DNA of 64,000 nucleotides from positions 1-64,000 of the forward strand of contig NW_027191417.1 of assembly GCF_041146345.1 (NCBI RefSeq), written 5' to 3'. The position numbers and the translations under genes are program-made. Below, piece by piece: positions 38,531 to 50,828 of the stretch. Under the pieces are notes generated by a model. It was not told the origin of the DNA and made no database searches. It saw only the letters and a list, made by a program, of their open reading frames with translations. Numbering within the stretch: position 1 is the first letter of the stretch; every line of letters begins with the position of its first letter. This DNA is from Neodothiora populina. Lineage: Eukaryota.

Positions 38531-39142
38531 GACAGAAGACCTTGAGATGCACAAATCCGAGATTGGACAAGTGATGGATTTCTTTGCTGTAATAGACGAA
38601 TGGTGGCTGAGGGCACATCGAGCACAGCTTTTGTTCGTCTTTCAGAATATTATGAGATTACCTTACACGGATCGCCACAGCTCTCGTAGAGGCGCGAGTC
38701 GATTTCAATTACGTATAAATGAGTCCATTAGATGGCATTTTCTCCCGCTGCAAGCCAATCACGATCCAGGGCCACTTAAGACCGGATAGACGATTGCGAC
38801 CTGATTTACGTAAATGATAACACTGGAGAGAACAGACAAATGAAATCTTCGATTATCAGACGAGAGCTTTCTGTCATTCCCAGAATGCGATATCAATGTA
38901 CCACGAGGTGGCCGTTGACCTTGCGCGGGGCCTCACGATTTGTGCGTTATGTAGCCGTGAGGGGTGGTCCATTACATATAACCGATCGCAATAATTATTA
39001 TGGTCCAATCGACTTTCTCCAACTATTTTGCAGCGGGAGTATCTTTGAAAACAGACAGTCAAAATATACCAATTATTGCCAGGAATTGGACACCCTCTGA
39101 TTCTATCTGCGACTGTGACATCCTGCGAACAATAAAGCTACA

Positions 39143-40535
39143 ATGGATCAAGCTCTAGCCAAGTTCCCAAAGGGTCTACCAACCCTCAAGAAATTAGCAG
39201 AATATAACCAGGGCTCCAACGTGCCGCCTGAGACTGCTTGGTTCTGGGGTATAGAAGATGAGGTATGGTAGGATTTGACAAGAACGTTTCATACTCAAAG
39301 CGCTGACGGAACTTTCTGCAGATTGGCCGTCTCAACCTACTTACTCCAGAAAGAATCCGCGAGGTGAAGGACAAAGAATTACTAGAGGGCGATGTGGTGT
39401 CTCTCAAGTGCGTGCAATATTTGCGATATAAGGCATTCCATTGCTGAACGTCTCCATCGTACAGTTGGCCAATGATGCTGCCCGCAAAGCCCGCCTTTGG
39501 GAGAGATGCATGTAAACATCGCATTGCGAATCACCCGGACGGGCCTGTTGTCTTTGACGATTGGATCGACATGAACATTCAATCCGGAAGCCAATGGGAT
39601 GGCTTTCGTCACTACGGACATCAGACCCAAGGGCGGTTTTACAACGATTTGACCCCATCAGAGGTCCTCTCTGGTAAGACAGATCGGTCCTCGGCGTAGT
39701 TTTGAAGATGCAGAAACTATGCTGAGATATAGCAGGCACTCGTTGTGGGATGCAGGCGGCCTCAAATCACGGAATCGTCGGCAGAGGTGTGCTTATCGAT
39801 TATTACGGCTGGAAAGTCAAGAGAGGCGAGGCTTACGATCCCTTCACCGCTCATGCCATCCATCTCGACGACATCTTAGCAGTGGCAAAAGATCAGAACT
39901 TGACGTTCCAAACCGGCGATATTCTTCTTATTCGAAGCGGTTACACAAGTGGATATTACAAGTACGAGAAGGAGGACCAAGCAAGGCTCGATGAAGCCGG
40001 CTCTCTAAAACCATGTCTTGCCGGTGTCGCCCAGACTGAGGAGATGAAAACTTGGCTACATGATTCGTGAGGGCACAATTCTTTCCAAGTGATATAACGC
40101 TGACATTTCGTGTAAAGCTACTTCAGCGCTGTGGCAGGTGATGCCCCAGCATGGGAGTGCTGGCCCCCTAAGGACTGGGCTCTGGTAAGTTCAATCAAAT
40201 ATGTCTCAGTCAGATATGTCGAATATGCCATGTTTAGAGCTGACATTGGAGCCAGCATGAATTTCTACTTGGTTCCTGGGGTGTAATGATTGGCGAAATG
40301 TTCGATCTGGAGGTATGTTGGCTGTAGGTGGGTATGATAGACTCTGTAAACATGACCGCGGTCCAGGCCTTGAGCAAGAAATGCGAAGAAAAGAAGAGAT
40401 GGTCCTTCTTTTTCATGAGCACCCCGTTGAACATGCCAGGTATGTCGCTGTGATAGTGGTACTGATACGATGCACATTTCTGACAATATTCCAGGAGGTA
40501 TTGCAAGTCTCGCAAATGCAATCACCATCCATTGA
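39143..40535 (+). CDS. Cyclase/kynurenine-formamidase-family metallohydrolase
   Basis: Spliced: AWFWG..DE|IGRLNLLTPE, QSGSQWDGFRHY, GIVGRGVLIDY, GDILLIRSG, AVAGDAPAWE, H.FLL..WG..IGEMFDLE, PLNMPGGIAS; 7 introns; stop TGA 40533-40535. Confidence 0.9.
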
Positions 40536-42018
40536 TAGGGGTTCGTTTGACTTGTGTGGAAATAAAGGGGCACTTGGGCTGCCAACATGGAAGTTTTGCA
40601 TGAGTTGTCCAAATGAAAATCTCTCAATTTCAAGCCCGGGTATTCCTATCGCCACCCCATATTGGCTGTAAATGAGTTGCACTGATGTGATTTTTCTCCC
40701 TAACACAACACAGTATACTGTACAGGACGTGCATGTCTTAGATATGATATTGAGACCTGACCATATACAGTCGATTCGATAGGGCCCATGGCTCATACAG
40801 GACCAAATATATGCTGCAACTATTTGTCTCGGTCCAACTGGACCAAACTGCACGATCAACGCGATCACCCTTCCTGTAAAAAGAAGTAATTAATGTAGCA
40901 ATCTGGGTCACGGCCCTTGGAGGCGTAGTATTCATCATACACATTTGTATTTTCAACTCTAAGTCTATCTGAAACTTTTCAACGTAACTAGTATCAATAT
41001 ATATGCTGTTTGAACGTCAAATCAACAAAGCTAAGCTCTCAGAGGTGTTGTTGCAACCACATTTTGGTGCTTGACCTGGCACAGTGACTGTCATCATGCG
41101 CCCCCTCTATCATTGGGCTGAAGTGCTAACGTACCTTAATCTTGGGTGATTCATATTGCTCGGCTACCTAGGTACTTGGGCTTAGCTGCATAAGATAAGG
41201 TAAGGTATGGAAGGAAGTCATATAGCCGAGATCCAATGCACACGATGATGATTTAGCAACTTCAAAGTAATTCAGCTAGTACGGTACCCTTCCCCACTCG
41301 AGAAAACATAGGTACCCTTCAACGCATGATCGCCGAATGAGTTGAATCTAGATACCTTGTTGTACGAGCATCAACCGCGCCCTATTCGGCAGGGAAGAGC
41401 TCCGACATTGGCGATAGTGATGGCGCCGCTAACCTTGTTCGAAACCTACTTAATAACATCGAGTGGCAATATAACTTGATGTTTATACCTTAGAGTCTGC
41501 AATATGAGCTTTATCTCATTAGGGCAACTGCTAAGGATTAAAGGGTTCGTAGTGTGTGTTGAGGCAAGTGCGCAGATGGCAACAGCGGAATCCTTCAGCC
41601 GCCGCCTGCCCCACGGGGCGTACTGGTACGAGTACCAGATGCAGACGAGGCAGCTGCGGCCCGGGTCTGTGCAGCCAAATTAACAGGCGTCGGCTTCACT
41701 CGCGGCGGCTTGGCCGGCCGTGACACTATCGCCGAGTCAGATTTAGACTTTGATGGAGAGACATTCCGGGAAGCAGTGGAGGTAAGCCGTGGAGGTTTGT
41801 GGGGAAGGAAGGTCGAAGGCAAGCCTCGTCCGTTCCTGCCGTTCCCCGCCTTCACGACAACCCGTGGGGGAGACTCGAGTCTTTTCAATCTATGTCGATT
41901 TGCCCAGAATCATATCAAACACATTGAGAGGAGAGTATTTGAGTTGGACTTGTGAACGGAAACACAGCACATCCATCATAGTAGTATTATCGCGCATGAT
42001 CATCTTCCCATATCCAAG

Positions 42019-44553
42019 ATGCCTAAGTTGCCATCTGAAGGAGGCAATCGCCCGGCGACTCAGTCGCGCACGAATTCGAATTCGGAAGCTCCAGCTTCTC
42101 AAACAGGGCAGGTGCCACCAGTGCGGTATCGTGCATCAAAGGCGTGTCGTCGCTGCAATGAACAACGAGTCAAGTGTGATGCGAGCGAGCGAGGCACTCC
42201 TTGCACAAGGTGTGAGCAGAGACAGGTGCCAGACTGCAGGTTGATCGAGTCCAGGAGAGGTATCTACGTGCGAAAGCCTCGGAGGAAAACCCTCGACTCA
42301 AGTACGGACCAGGCGGAAAACACAAACCAGAAGAAGAAGAGCAGTTCGGTTGATGCTATGAACCCTATTCGAAATCATGAAAACGACAATTGCCATGCAC
42401 CAGCAGCTATGGACGGTGTGATTACGCATGAAAACGCCAACATCCAACCTCAAACATCAGCAGCAGCATTGTCAACCTTGGCTTGGCTTTCTTCTAGCGA
42501 ACACAATCACAACGGCCACAATCGTCTAAAGGACTCACAGATTGAGTCACATTCTCAACAACAGCAGGATACCACAGGTCAGCAAGGCCCGCCTCCGCGT
42601 TCCAGTGTATCAGTCGATGTAGCAGCAAATTCTTCCCCGAACGCAATAAGGGCCGATCACCGTGCCTCTATCGACGATACTGGGTATCATCGGCCTCGTA
42701 CGTTAAATAATGGAACGGAAGCTGAGCGACAGCATGCTCTACCAACACCGGGTACAGGGCTGGCCGAGAATGACACGCCGTCTGGAAACACAGAAGTGAG
42801 CAACTCGTCGTCCTACCGTGAGATCAGTTGGGCGACCATGTTCGATCACCTCCTCGAAGGACAACGGAGAGGGGAGGATGTGGTCGACAAGTGCTCCATC
42901 ACGTATCTTGGAGAGTCTTTCCCTCTTTCCATTGTCCTGAAGGACTTGAAGGGAGGCAGAGGGAAAACTCAACTACATCACCCGGGACCTCCGTGTCCCG
43001 CCAGTGAAGAAACTACCGAACCCCAAAGTCTGCACCATCCGCCGTACATGCGCCCGGAGGACATTGCTTTTCTCGAAGCCAAGAATGCCTTTGAAAGTCC
43101 TGAGCGTGGTACCCTAGATGCCCTACTTGGTGTCTTCCTCAATCGCGTCTTCCCAATCTATCCTATCGTTGACAGGCAAGAATTTCTCCAACAACTGAAC
43201 TCGAAACGAATTCCCTGGGTTTTATTGCACGCTTTGTGTTTCATCTCTGCAACATTCTGCCCTCCAAATATTCTCCATCGCGCAGGTTTCGAAAGCCGGC
43301 GGCAAGCCCGCTGGTTCTATTATAGTAAGGCTAAAGCGCTGTTTGATGTGGGATACGAAGGAAATAAACTCGTCTTGCTACAGGTCTCTATCCTGATGAG
43401 TTTCTGGGGTGGTGGCCCCAACAACTATTGGAATTTCTATTCGTGGATCAGCACAGGCGTCACGATTGCCGAGACTCTGGGATGCCACAGATCCATGGCT
43501 GGCACAAACATAAAACCCCGAGACAGGAGTCTACTCAAACGCTTATGGTGGATTCTGGTGCTGAGAGATACTTCCTGTGCCGCATTGGTCGGGCGACCAT
43601 TCAGGGTTAACCTCGATCACTGCGATATCGACGCACTGACGATTCAAGACTTCCAACATGATGCGGCGTCGCCCGACTTCGCGACCAGTCCCTACGCTCA
43701 TCTGTTCGGCCTTTACCAAATTCATGCGACAAAACTGACACTCGTTCTACGCCACATCATCAAAGCTCAATTTCATCCCACAAGGGACAACAGATCTCTC
43801 TCATCCTGGGCCTTGAGAGACATGCTGACTGAATGGCGGTCTGAGCTTCCGCCTGCACTCGAGTGGACAGAAAGAACCACAAAATATACGAACATCCTCA
43901 CCTCCAGTCTTTCCATCTCATACAACCACCACATGATCCTAGCCCATCTAGGTTCTTCACAACAATCCGCTCAGGCAACCCCTCCAACATCGTTCGCAGA
44001 TCGTCCGTCCCCGGAAGAAATTTCCAGGGATGCTGCACAGCAGATTTCGTCAACAGCTTGTGCTGTGGCAATGAGATCTGAGATACTACTTGCCCCGCAT
44101 GAACTGTTTCACGGCATATTCATCGCTGCAGTCATTTTCTATTTGCAGAGCAAGAGTGCAAACCCCATGAATGCTCAACTTGGCCTGTCAGGGCTAACCA
44201 ATTGTCAAATGGTATTGCACGAGAGCTACGAGAGTTGGGACCCCAGCCCGTGGATCACGCAACTTTTCGACAAAGTCCTTGGTACTGTACCTCCAGCTCA
44301 TACGTCCACATCTGAGGAACAGAACATTGTCCATAACACCAGCGGATATGCAGATAATGCTGCTGCATTTGGTGCACATGATGTGGATGGATTATTTTCA
44401 ACAGAGTATGACATGTGGGTAAACCACCCGGTTTTAGGGAATCTGTTGGATGTCCCTATGAGCAACAACATGCTCCCTATGACGCCAAACTTCGGCGACA
44501 AGTCAGGGCATACACCATGGTTTGATGCCTGGGCTCAGATCGGCGGTTCGTAG
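42019..44553 (+). CDS. Zn(II)2Cys6 transcription factor with fungal-specific TF domain (CTF1-beta-like family)
   Basis: ACRRCNEQRVKCD-x6-PCTRC-x6-C cluster; middle region with LGCHRS..RLWWILVLRD..ALVGRP; 844 aa single ORF. Confidence 0.95.
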   Translation: MPKLPSEGGNRPATQSRTNSNSEAPASQTGQVPPVRYRASKACRRCNEQRVKCDASERGTPCTRCEQRQVPDCRLIESRRGIYVRKPRRKTLDSSTDQAENTNQKKKSSSVDAMNPIRNHENDNCHAPAAMDGVITHENANIQPQTSAAALSTLAWLSSSEHNHNGHNRLKDSQIESHSQQQQDTTGQQGPPPRSSVSVDVAANSSPNAIRADHRASIDDTGYHRPRTLNNGTEAERQHALPTPGTGLAENDTPSGNTEVSNSSSYREISWATMFDHLLEGQRRGEDVVDKCSITYLGESFPLSIVLKDLKGGRGKTQLHHPGPPCPASEETTEPQSLHHPPYMRPEDIAFLEAKNAFESPERGTLDALLGVFLNRVFPIYPIVDRQEFLQQLNSKRIPWVLLHALCFISATFCPPNILHRAGFESRRQARWFYYSKAKALFDVGYEGNKLVLLQVSILMSFWGGGPNNYWNFYSWISTGVTIAETLGCHRSMAGTNIKPRDRSLLKRLWWILVLRDTSCAALVGRPFRVNLDHCDIDALTIQDFQHDAASPDFATSPYAHLFGLYQIHATKLTLVLRHIIKAQFHPTRDNRSLSSWALRDMLTEWRSELPPALEWTERTTKYTNILTSSLSISYNHHMILAHLGSSQQSAQATPPTSFADRPSPEEISRDAAQQISSTACAVAMRSEILLAPHELFHGIFIAAVIFYLQSKSANPMNAQLGLSGLTNCQMVLHESYESWDPSPWITQLFDKVLGTVPPAHTSTSEEQNIVHNTSGYADNAAAFGAHDVDGLFSTEYDMWVNHPVLGNLLDVPMSNNMLPMTPNFGDKSGHTPWFDAWAQIGGS

Positions 44554-44617
44554 TTGCTCACGCTGTATGTTATTGTTGTCCTTGATCGAGTGACACTGTT
44601 GGTGCTACAACAACCAA

Positions 44618-45731
44618 TTACCCTCTGCAACTTCCCCAGCCAAATTCCACCATCGTCCATTCCATCAACTTCTTCTGTCCGCCGGCTTCGGAACAGATCT
44701 CTGGAATGTTGTCGCTTATCCTGTACTTTTCGACGATTTGGTAGGCGTTGTTCACCTTCTCCATTTCCTCTTCTTTGGACTCGACCAACCTCTTGCTCTC
44801 TCCTATGCGAATTTTGGAGCTGCTTTCTGGAATGACGGTGACGCCGCGTTGGATCGTCCAGGATAGGGAGACGAAACCTGTTGAACATTTGTGATTTTTG
44901 CAATCTCAGTGAAGAGCTCGTGGTCGTGTGACAGATCGCTTAACCCGGTCTTTCACCTCCCATCGTACTAGAGGATGTCAAGTCAGATGGGATTGCATGT
45001 AAAGCCACGGACAATCATCACATACCCCCAACTCACGACATGAATGCCTTTTGCTGCACAGTATGGCACCAATTTGTGACTCGGATAGAAGGCGTGGAGT
45101 TCATCTTGACCGACAACAGACGCGATGGTGGCGCTCCAAAGCAGCTCGTCCAGCGTTCTGCGTGAAAAATTGCTCACTCCTATAGCCCGACAATGCGGAC
45201 CGACCAGCTTTCTCCACGTGTCAACGATAGAAAGTCCCTCCGTGGGACCCAGAGGTCTATATTCCGGCACGGGCGTCAAGGTGCAAGGCCAATGCATAAG
45301 GAACACATCAATGCAGCCTAAATCCGGTGCTTCGAGCGAGATCTGCAAGGCCTTTCCCGGGCCGTGGTGCCACTCGCTCCAGAACTAGGTCATGACTGTG
45401 ATGTCCGAGCGAGGGACGCCGCTCTTTCGTATCGCTTCGCCGATCATGTGCTCGATGTCGTAATACTGTGCTGTGTCAATGAGGCGTTATCCGCTTGTGA
45501 GGGTATGGACGATCGCTTCCACCTCGCCTGTAGGATATCAGTCGTGCTTCATACTAGGAGATGGCTGGCGGACGGCACCGACTTTGCCAGGTGTCCGAAC
45601 CCACCTGCTGGCATGGACGGCCTACAGAAAGAGAGGTAAGTCAATCAACTACGAACAGATCATCCTCGATGCATTGAAAGCGTACATTTGTTCTTCTTGA
45701 ACGTTTTCGTGCACACGGGATGATCAGGCAT
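44618..45731 (-). pseudogene. Aldo-keto reductase, heavily degraded
   Basis: Fragments MPAxGF/GTWQ, LIDTAQYY, SGVPRSDITVMT*FW, DVFLMHWP, AIGVSNFS, ELHAFYP, LSWTIQRGVTVIPESS with several stops and frameshifts. Confidence 0.85.
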
Positions 45732-47083
45732 GGTGGCGATATGACACTAAACTATTACTTTGTCGAGTTTTTGAGGCTCTGGCTATACATATAGTTCTGG
45801 ATGGCAACAACCATCGACACAATTTTGACGTTTCGCTACTGTATATTCGGTTATATAAGTAAGGTGTTGTGGACTGCTAGCACGTGTCAGACGTTCGTAA
45901 CGGACTTGGGAATAGTAGATATTTCGTTCTCCGCTTAAACCCGCGCAGCTCGAGAATGTGGGGTGGAAGTCAAAAGAGTCGTGGAGATGCATGACCGAAG
46001 AAGTTGTTTTTTGTGTTTTCGGATACTTCACATGTTAGACTCTACTCGTCCATGAGTTGGAGAAATGACTCGAGCATAGAGATAATAAAAGCATCAGGTA
46101 ACGCAGTAATCATGTTCAGGGTCTTCCAATGAATCTGAAGCTAATCTATGAGCCAGTATTTGACATAAAGGTTGGAGTCATGCTGCATAAAGTAAGAACT
46201 GCATCTTCGTTCGTCTCACATTATTTTGTCGCTTTTGTATGAAGACATCTATACAAGTGCTCAGATGTGACGATCGAAGGTCGTAGGAGCAAGTCAAAGA
46301 ACGCCGTGCCACCTCTTGGTTTTCTTCTTCTTCCTCTTCTTTCCTGTTTAACAGATCGATATAAGACGATCCGACGTCTATGTTATTCAAGGCTTCCGGT
46401 GCCTCGTTGACAACGCGCGAAGAGAGTCAACGACGTCTCCAATTGTGACAGACTATGGATACTCCGACATACGTATATCTCGTACGCAGCAGCATCAACT
46501 ATGACGAACAACAGGGCGCAGGCTGCTCACCCAAGTCTCAGGTCACAACGGGACTCGTCATGGACTCCCATCACATCGCCATCGCGATTGAATGCATGTC
46601 CTTCAATATGGCGAACATGAGTGCTCGACACGTGCGTGGGGCTTGGGGCAGCCCGGCGCCAACGGCTTCATCTCGGCTCGTGCTGTTGCGTACGTGCGCG
46701 CGTGCGGGGGTACTTGTACCGACCCCGTGTTCGCGATTCCTTGAGTCGGGAATGAGGGGTAAATGTTTAATAATGACTCTGACTCGTATCTACTCCACAC
46801 TTCGAAAGACAGACAGACAGACACACATCCTCGCTCTGAAGTAGCCGACTTTTGACCCAAGTAGCCGTTGATAGTAGAGAGAGGAGCAGGAGGAGCAAGA
46901 TCAGGCTGGCATTGTCGGACCGATGTCGTGCAGAAATGGTTTACATGGTCTTTGGGTAAACAAATATTAGAATATTCCATATATCTCGATTGCGTGGGCA
47001 CGACATTACCATTTCAATAGCGAGCCCATTGGTAATCCGTCCTCGACATCAGACCACATCACGCTGTGACTTCAAGTGCTACA

Positions 47084-47974
47084 ATGGCGAAACTACTAGC
47101 TAACAAAGTCATCGCGTAAGGAAGATATTATCGGAGAGTGCAGCATATCACACACGCTAACGCTATCACAGTATCACTGGAAGCAGTTCTGGCATCGGAC
47201 GTGTGACGGCGCTCGAGTGCGCACGGCACGGTGCTAAGCTCGTCCTCCATCACATTGGAGACGCGCAAGCGAATCAAGACGTACGTTCTCTGCAAGAAGA
47301 GATCCAGAGCATAAAGTCAGGTTCGACGACGACTGCTATTGCTGCGGATGTGAGGGATGAGAAAGCCGGTCAAGCGTCAGTTCATTTATTTGAAGTTTTG
47401 ACGAGGTCCAATTGGTTGACAGTTGCATAGCATTGTAAACGCAGCTGTAAACAGCTTCGGGGAGATCAATGGAGCAGTGAACAATGCGGGCATCTGTCAG
47501 TTCATAGATTTCAATGCAGTCACGAGACAGCAGCTTGATCGCCATGTCGCCATCAACTTCAAAGGCGCGTTTGGCATCACCCAAGCTGTAGTTGAGCAGT
47601 TGAAACGTCAGGGCACGGGAGGCTCCATTGTCTCCATCGCATCCATTACTGCGACTATGGGTTCGTCGCAACTGACACATTACGCGCCCACCAAGGCTGC
47701 CATACTCGGCATGACTGTCAGTTGCGCCGTCGCGTTGGGCAAGTACGGTGTCCGACTCAACACCGTGAGCCCCGGTACCATCGAGACGGGGATGAACAAG
47801 GAAGATCTGCAGGGTCCCAAACGGCTGGAGATGGAGGGCAGAGTACCGCTGGGGCGTCTGGGAGTACCAGAGGATATCGCGAAACCCGTTGTCTTCTTCC
47901 TGAGTGATATGGCACAGTATGTCTCTGGCCAGAACTTGATAGTCGACGGAGCAGCTTCAGTAAACTACCAATAA
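47084..47974 (+). CDS. L-rhamnose 1-dehydrogenase-like SDR (aldose 1-dehydrogenase)
   Basis: LLANKVIA|ITGSSSGIG, FGEINGAVNNAGIC.F..F, THYAPTKAAIL, CAVALGKYG, PGTIET.MNKEDL, MEGRVPLGR, DG...VN.Q closely track fungal LRA1/RHA1 as I recall it; two introns. Confidence 0.8.
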
Positions 47975-48476
47975 GCAATTGACAGTGTCATTGACACCTC
48001 TCCAATCACCATGATCCACGTAATTCGCCACTTGTAGTGGTGTCAATATAGAGAAATGGGATTTCGGATGTACAGTAGCTTTCGGATTCACATGAAACGG
48101 ATATAAGTTGGAGCTCTCTATCACTTGTTCCGCATCAGCTACTCGTGAATGGCAATTGATATCGGAAGGTCGGCTGTGCGGGGAACCCGCATGGGGGGAG
48201 GTAAAAATGGTCAACCTTCGACCAAGTAGCAGCCATATAGCCGAAGCGGCGGTATGCTGACGCGACTTTTGTGTATTTAGAACCTCAGGTAGCCTTTACG
48301 ACGAAATTGTCAGAGAGCAAAGATCCAGGGAGAGACAAGAAGCGCTCACTGTCAATTTGATCTATTAAAGGTTTAAGTTCGATTCGTTCTCCCTCTTGCT
48401 CTTGTCACTTCTTTTCTTGTCCCCCGCCCCTCTCCCAAGGTAATCGACACAATTCTCTCCTACACACACAGCAAGG

Positions 48477-50102
48477 ATGGCACCTCAGACTGAGCCTCGC
48501 CTGATCATCATTGGCTGTGGCACTGCCGGCATTGCTATGGCTGCGCGCCTGCGCTCGCAACTGGGATATCGAAACTTCACAATCTACGAGCGTGAGCGGG
48601 ACGTCGGTGGAACGTGGTTCCTCAACACGTATCCCGGTGTTGGCTGCGATGTCGACTCTCACCTCTACTCATTCTCATTCAACCCAAACCCCAACTGGTC
48701 TCGAAGATTTGCTGAGCAATCCGAGATCCTCGAATATCTCAATGAGACGGTGGACAAGTTTGGTGTGCGCAACCATGTGAAGCTGCGTAGCGAAGTCACA
48801 AGTGCCAACTGGATCCCCGAGAAGGGAGTGTGGAAGGTCGGACTCCGGGATATGGAAACCAGCCACGAGTTCTTCCACGAAGCCGAGATGGTTGTATCTT
48901 GCGTCGGTACCATTTCGATCCCCAAGGACTGTGATATTCCCGGCCACGAGAACTACAAGGGTGCGTTGTTCCATTCCGCTCGCTGGAACCACAATGTCAA
49001 CCTCAAGGGCAAGCGAGTTGGAATCATCGGTAATGGCTGCTCCGGTGCCCAGCTCATGCCTCAGGTCGCCAAGGAGGCGGCCGAGGTCGTTCAATTCCAG
49101 AGATCGCCACAGTGGATCAACGACAGACCCAATCCGGAGTTTTCTAGCCTTCGCAAGTGGTGCTTTGCAAATGTTCCTCTATATGGCAAATGCTACCGCT
49201 TCTGGGTGTGGAAGTCGACTGACGTACTACATTCTTTGTACGTGACGGGCGATGATGCATTGGAGCGACAGCGTGCAGAGGCTCAACGTACTGCTGAAGA
49301 GTACATGAGACGCGTCGCACCCAAGAAATATCTCGAGATTCTCATTCCCAAATTTCCGCTTGGCTGCAAGAGACGTATCTTCGACCCTGGCTATCTCGAG
49401 TGTTTGCACTGGCCCAATGTCCAACTTACCACTGAGCGCATCACTGGCTTCACCAAGACCGGATTGAGGACAAACAGAAGAGAGTTCGAGCTCGACGCCG
49501 TGGTTCTGAGCTCAGGCTTCAAGATTCAAGAGTTCCTCTCGCCCATCGAGCTCGTCGGCAAGGACGGACAGACGTTGAATGAACACTGGGAGAACACTCG
49601 CGGCGCTCAAGCATACAAGGCCACTTTCGTCTCCGGCTTCCCCAACTTCGGCATCGTCTTCGGACCCAATGCCTTCCCCGCCCACAACTCGGTCATCTTC
49701 ACCAACGAGACCCAGGTCGAGTTCATAATCAAGACACTGATCAAGCCTGTACTACGCGGCAATTTCAAGGTCCTCGATGTCAAGCAAGCCGCCGAAGACT
49801 ACGACACCAACAACGTGCAGGATAAGCTCAAGAACATGGTGTGGAACGGAGGATGCGCCAACTGGAACCTCGACGCCGCCGGTCGCAACACGACAAACTA
49901 CCACGACCCGACATGGAAGTTCTGGTGGGAGCTATACTGGCCCGTGTGGGAGGATTTCAACCTCTATGGCAGAAGTGGCAGCCTACCCATGGCGCCGTGG
50001 ACGAAGCTGGCCATTTGGGCGACCGCGGCTCCCGTGGCGGCGGGATGTTTGTTTCAGGCATCTAGAATGGCGGGACGCAGAGGTCTGTTCGGCCTAGCGT
50101 GA
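48477..50102 (+). CDS. Baeyer-Villiger/flavin-containing monooxygenase
   Basis: GCGTAG, GGTWFLNTYPG..CD, YKGALFHSARW fingerprint, GNGCSG, FQRSPQW, GCKR; intronless 541 aa. Confidence 0.93.
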   Translation: MAPQTEPRLIIIGCGTAGIAMAARLRSQLGYRNFTIYERERDVGGTWFLNTYPGVGCDVDSHLYSFSFNPNPNWSRRFAEQSEILEYLNETVDKFGVRNHVKLRSEVTSANWIPEKGVWKVGLRDMETSHEFFHEAEMVVSCVGTISIPKDCDIPGHENYKGALFHSARWNHNVNLKGKRVGIIGNGCSGAQLMPQVAKEAAEVVQFQRSPQWINDRPNPEFSSLRKWCFANVPLYGKCYRFWVWKSTDVLHSLYVTGDDALERQRAEAQRTAEEYMRRVAPKKYLEILIPKFPLGCKRRIFDPGYLECLHWPNVQLTTERITGFTKTGLRTNRREFELDAVVLSSGFKIQEFLSPIELVGKDGQTLNEHWENTRGAQAYKATFVSGFPNFGIVFGPNAFPAHNSVIFTNETQVEFIIKTLIKPVLRGNFKVLDVKQAAEDYDTNNVQDKLKNMVWNGGCANWNLDAAGRNTTNYHDPTWKFWWELYWPVWEDFNLYGRSGSLPMAPWTKLAIWATAAPVAAGCLFQASRMAGRRGLFGLA

Positions 50103-50828
50103 GTTTTGGTTGTTGCGGTGTTTTTAGTAGATTCTCTTCGTATATATCTGCATCAAACGGGAATATGTAGTGATGCCGGACGATCTACTGCATCTCCAGA
50201 GACATTTGGTTCTTTTGTTGCATTTGCATCGTGCTGTGACATATGAATGAAGGAAATCTGCTCTTGAGCTACCTACCCTATTGCATTGCTATTATTGAAC
50301 AAATCAAAGAGTCCATGGCGACACAAGAATCAAAGAGTCATGCGCCTCCAATAGAGTTTGCGGAGACACGAAATCAGAGTCATGCTCCTCGGAACCTCTC
50401 GTCGCATTTGGCTCAAATATCAATGTCCTCTTATACAAAGGTACAACCAAGAATGTGTTCATCCTAAGCACGAAAACGTCCCGTGTGGCATTCGACTTGT
50501 TTCTGTCTCAAGGCAATATGGAATCGAGGCTGGGCGGGGCTTCGGTGTCGTTGGTCATTAACGGGGACAAGAATGAAATAATATGTAGCCGATTACCGCT
50601 TCCTTGGACATGCGGGGTAAAGACGACTAAGTAACAACTCACAGGCAAATAACCGTAAACACGCATCACGATTATCTCGCTCGCTTTGTACAAAAGTATT
50701 GACTCCCGAGCACATTTCGTAGATATAGCAAGTAATAGCCCTATGGTAAGCAGAATACGTGATTCTCCGATCCTCTCTTTTCCTGCATCGGTCCCAGACA
50801 AGAAACAAAACCCCAAGAACAATATAAA

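Noticed and set aside
46455..47001. Overlapping 129/132-aa ORFs
   Set aside because: No motifs or splice structure; likely promoter of the downstream SDR.
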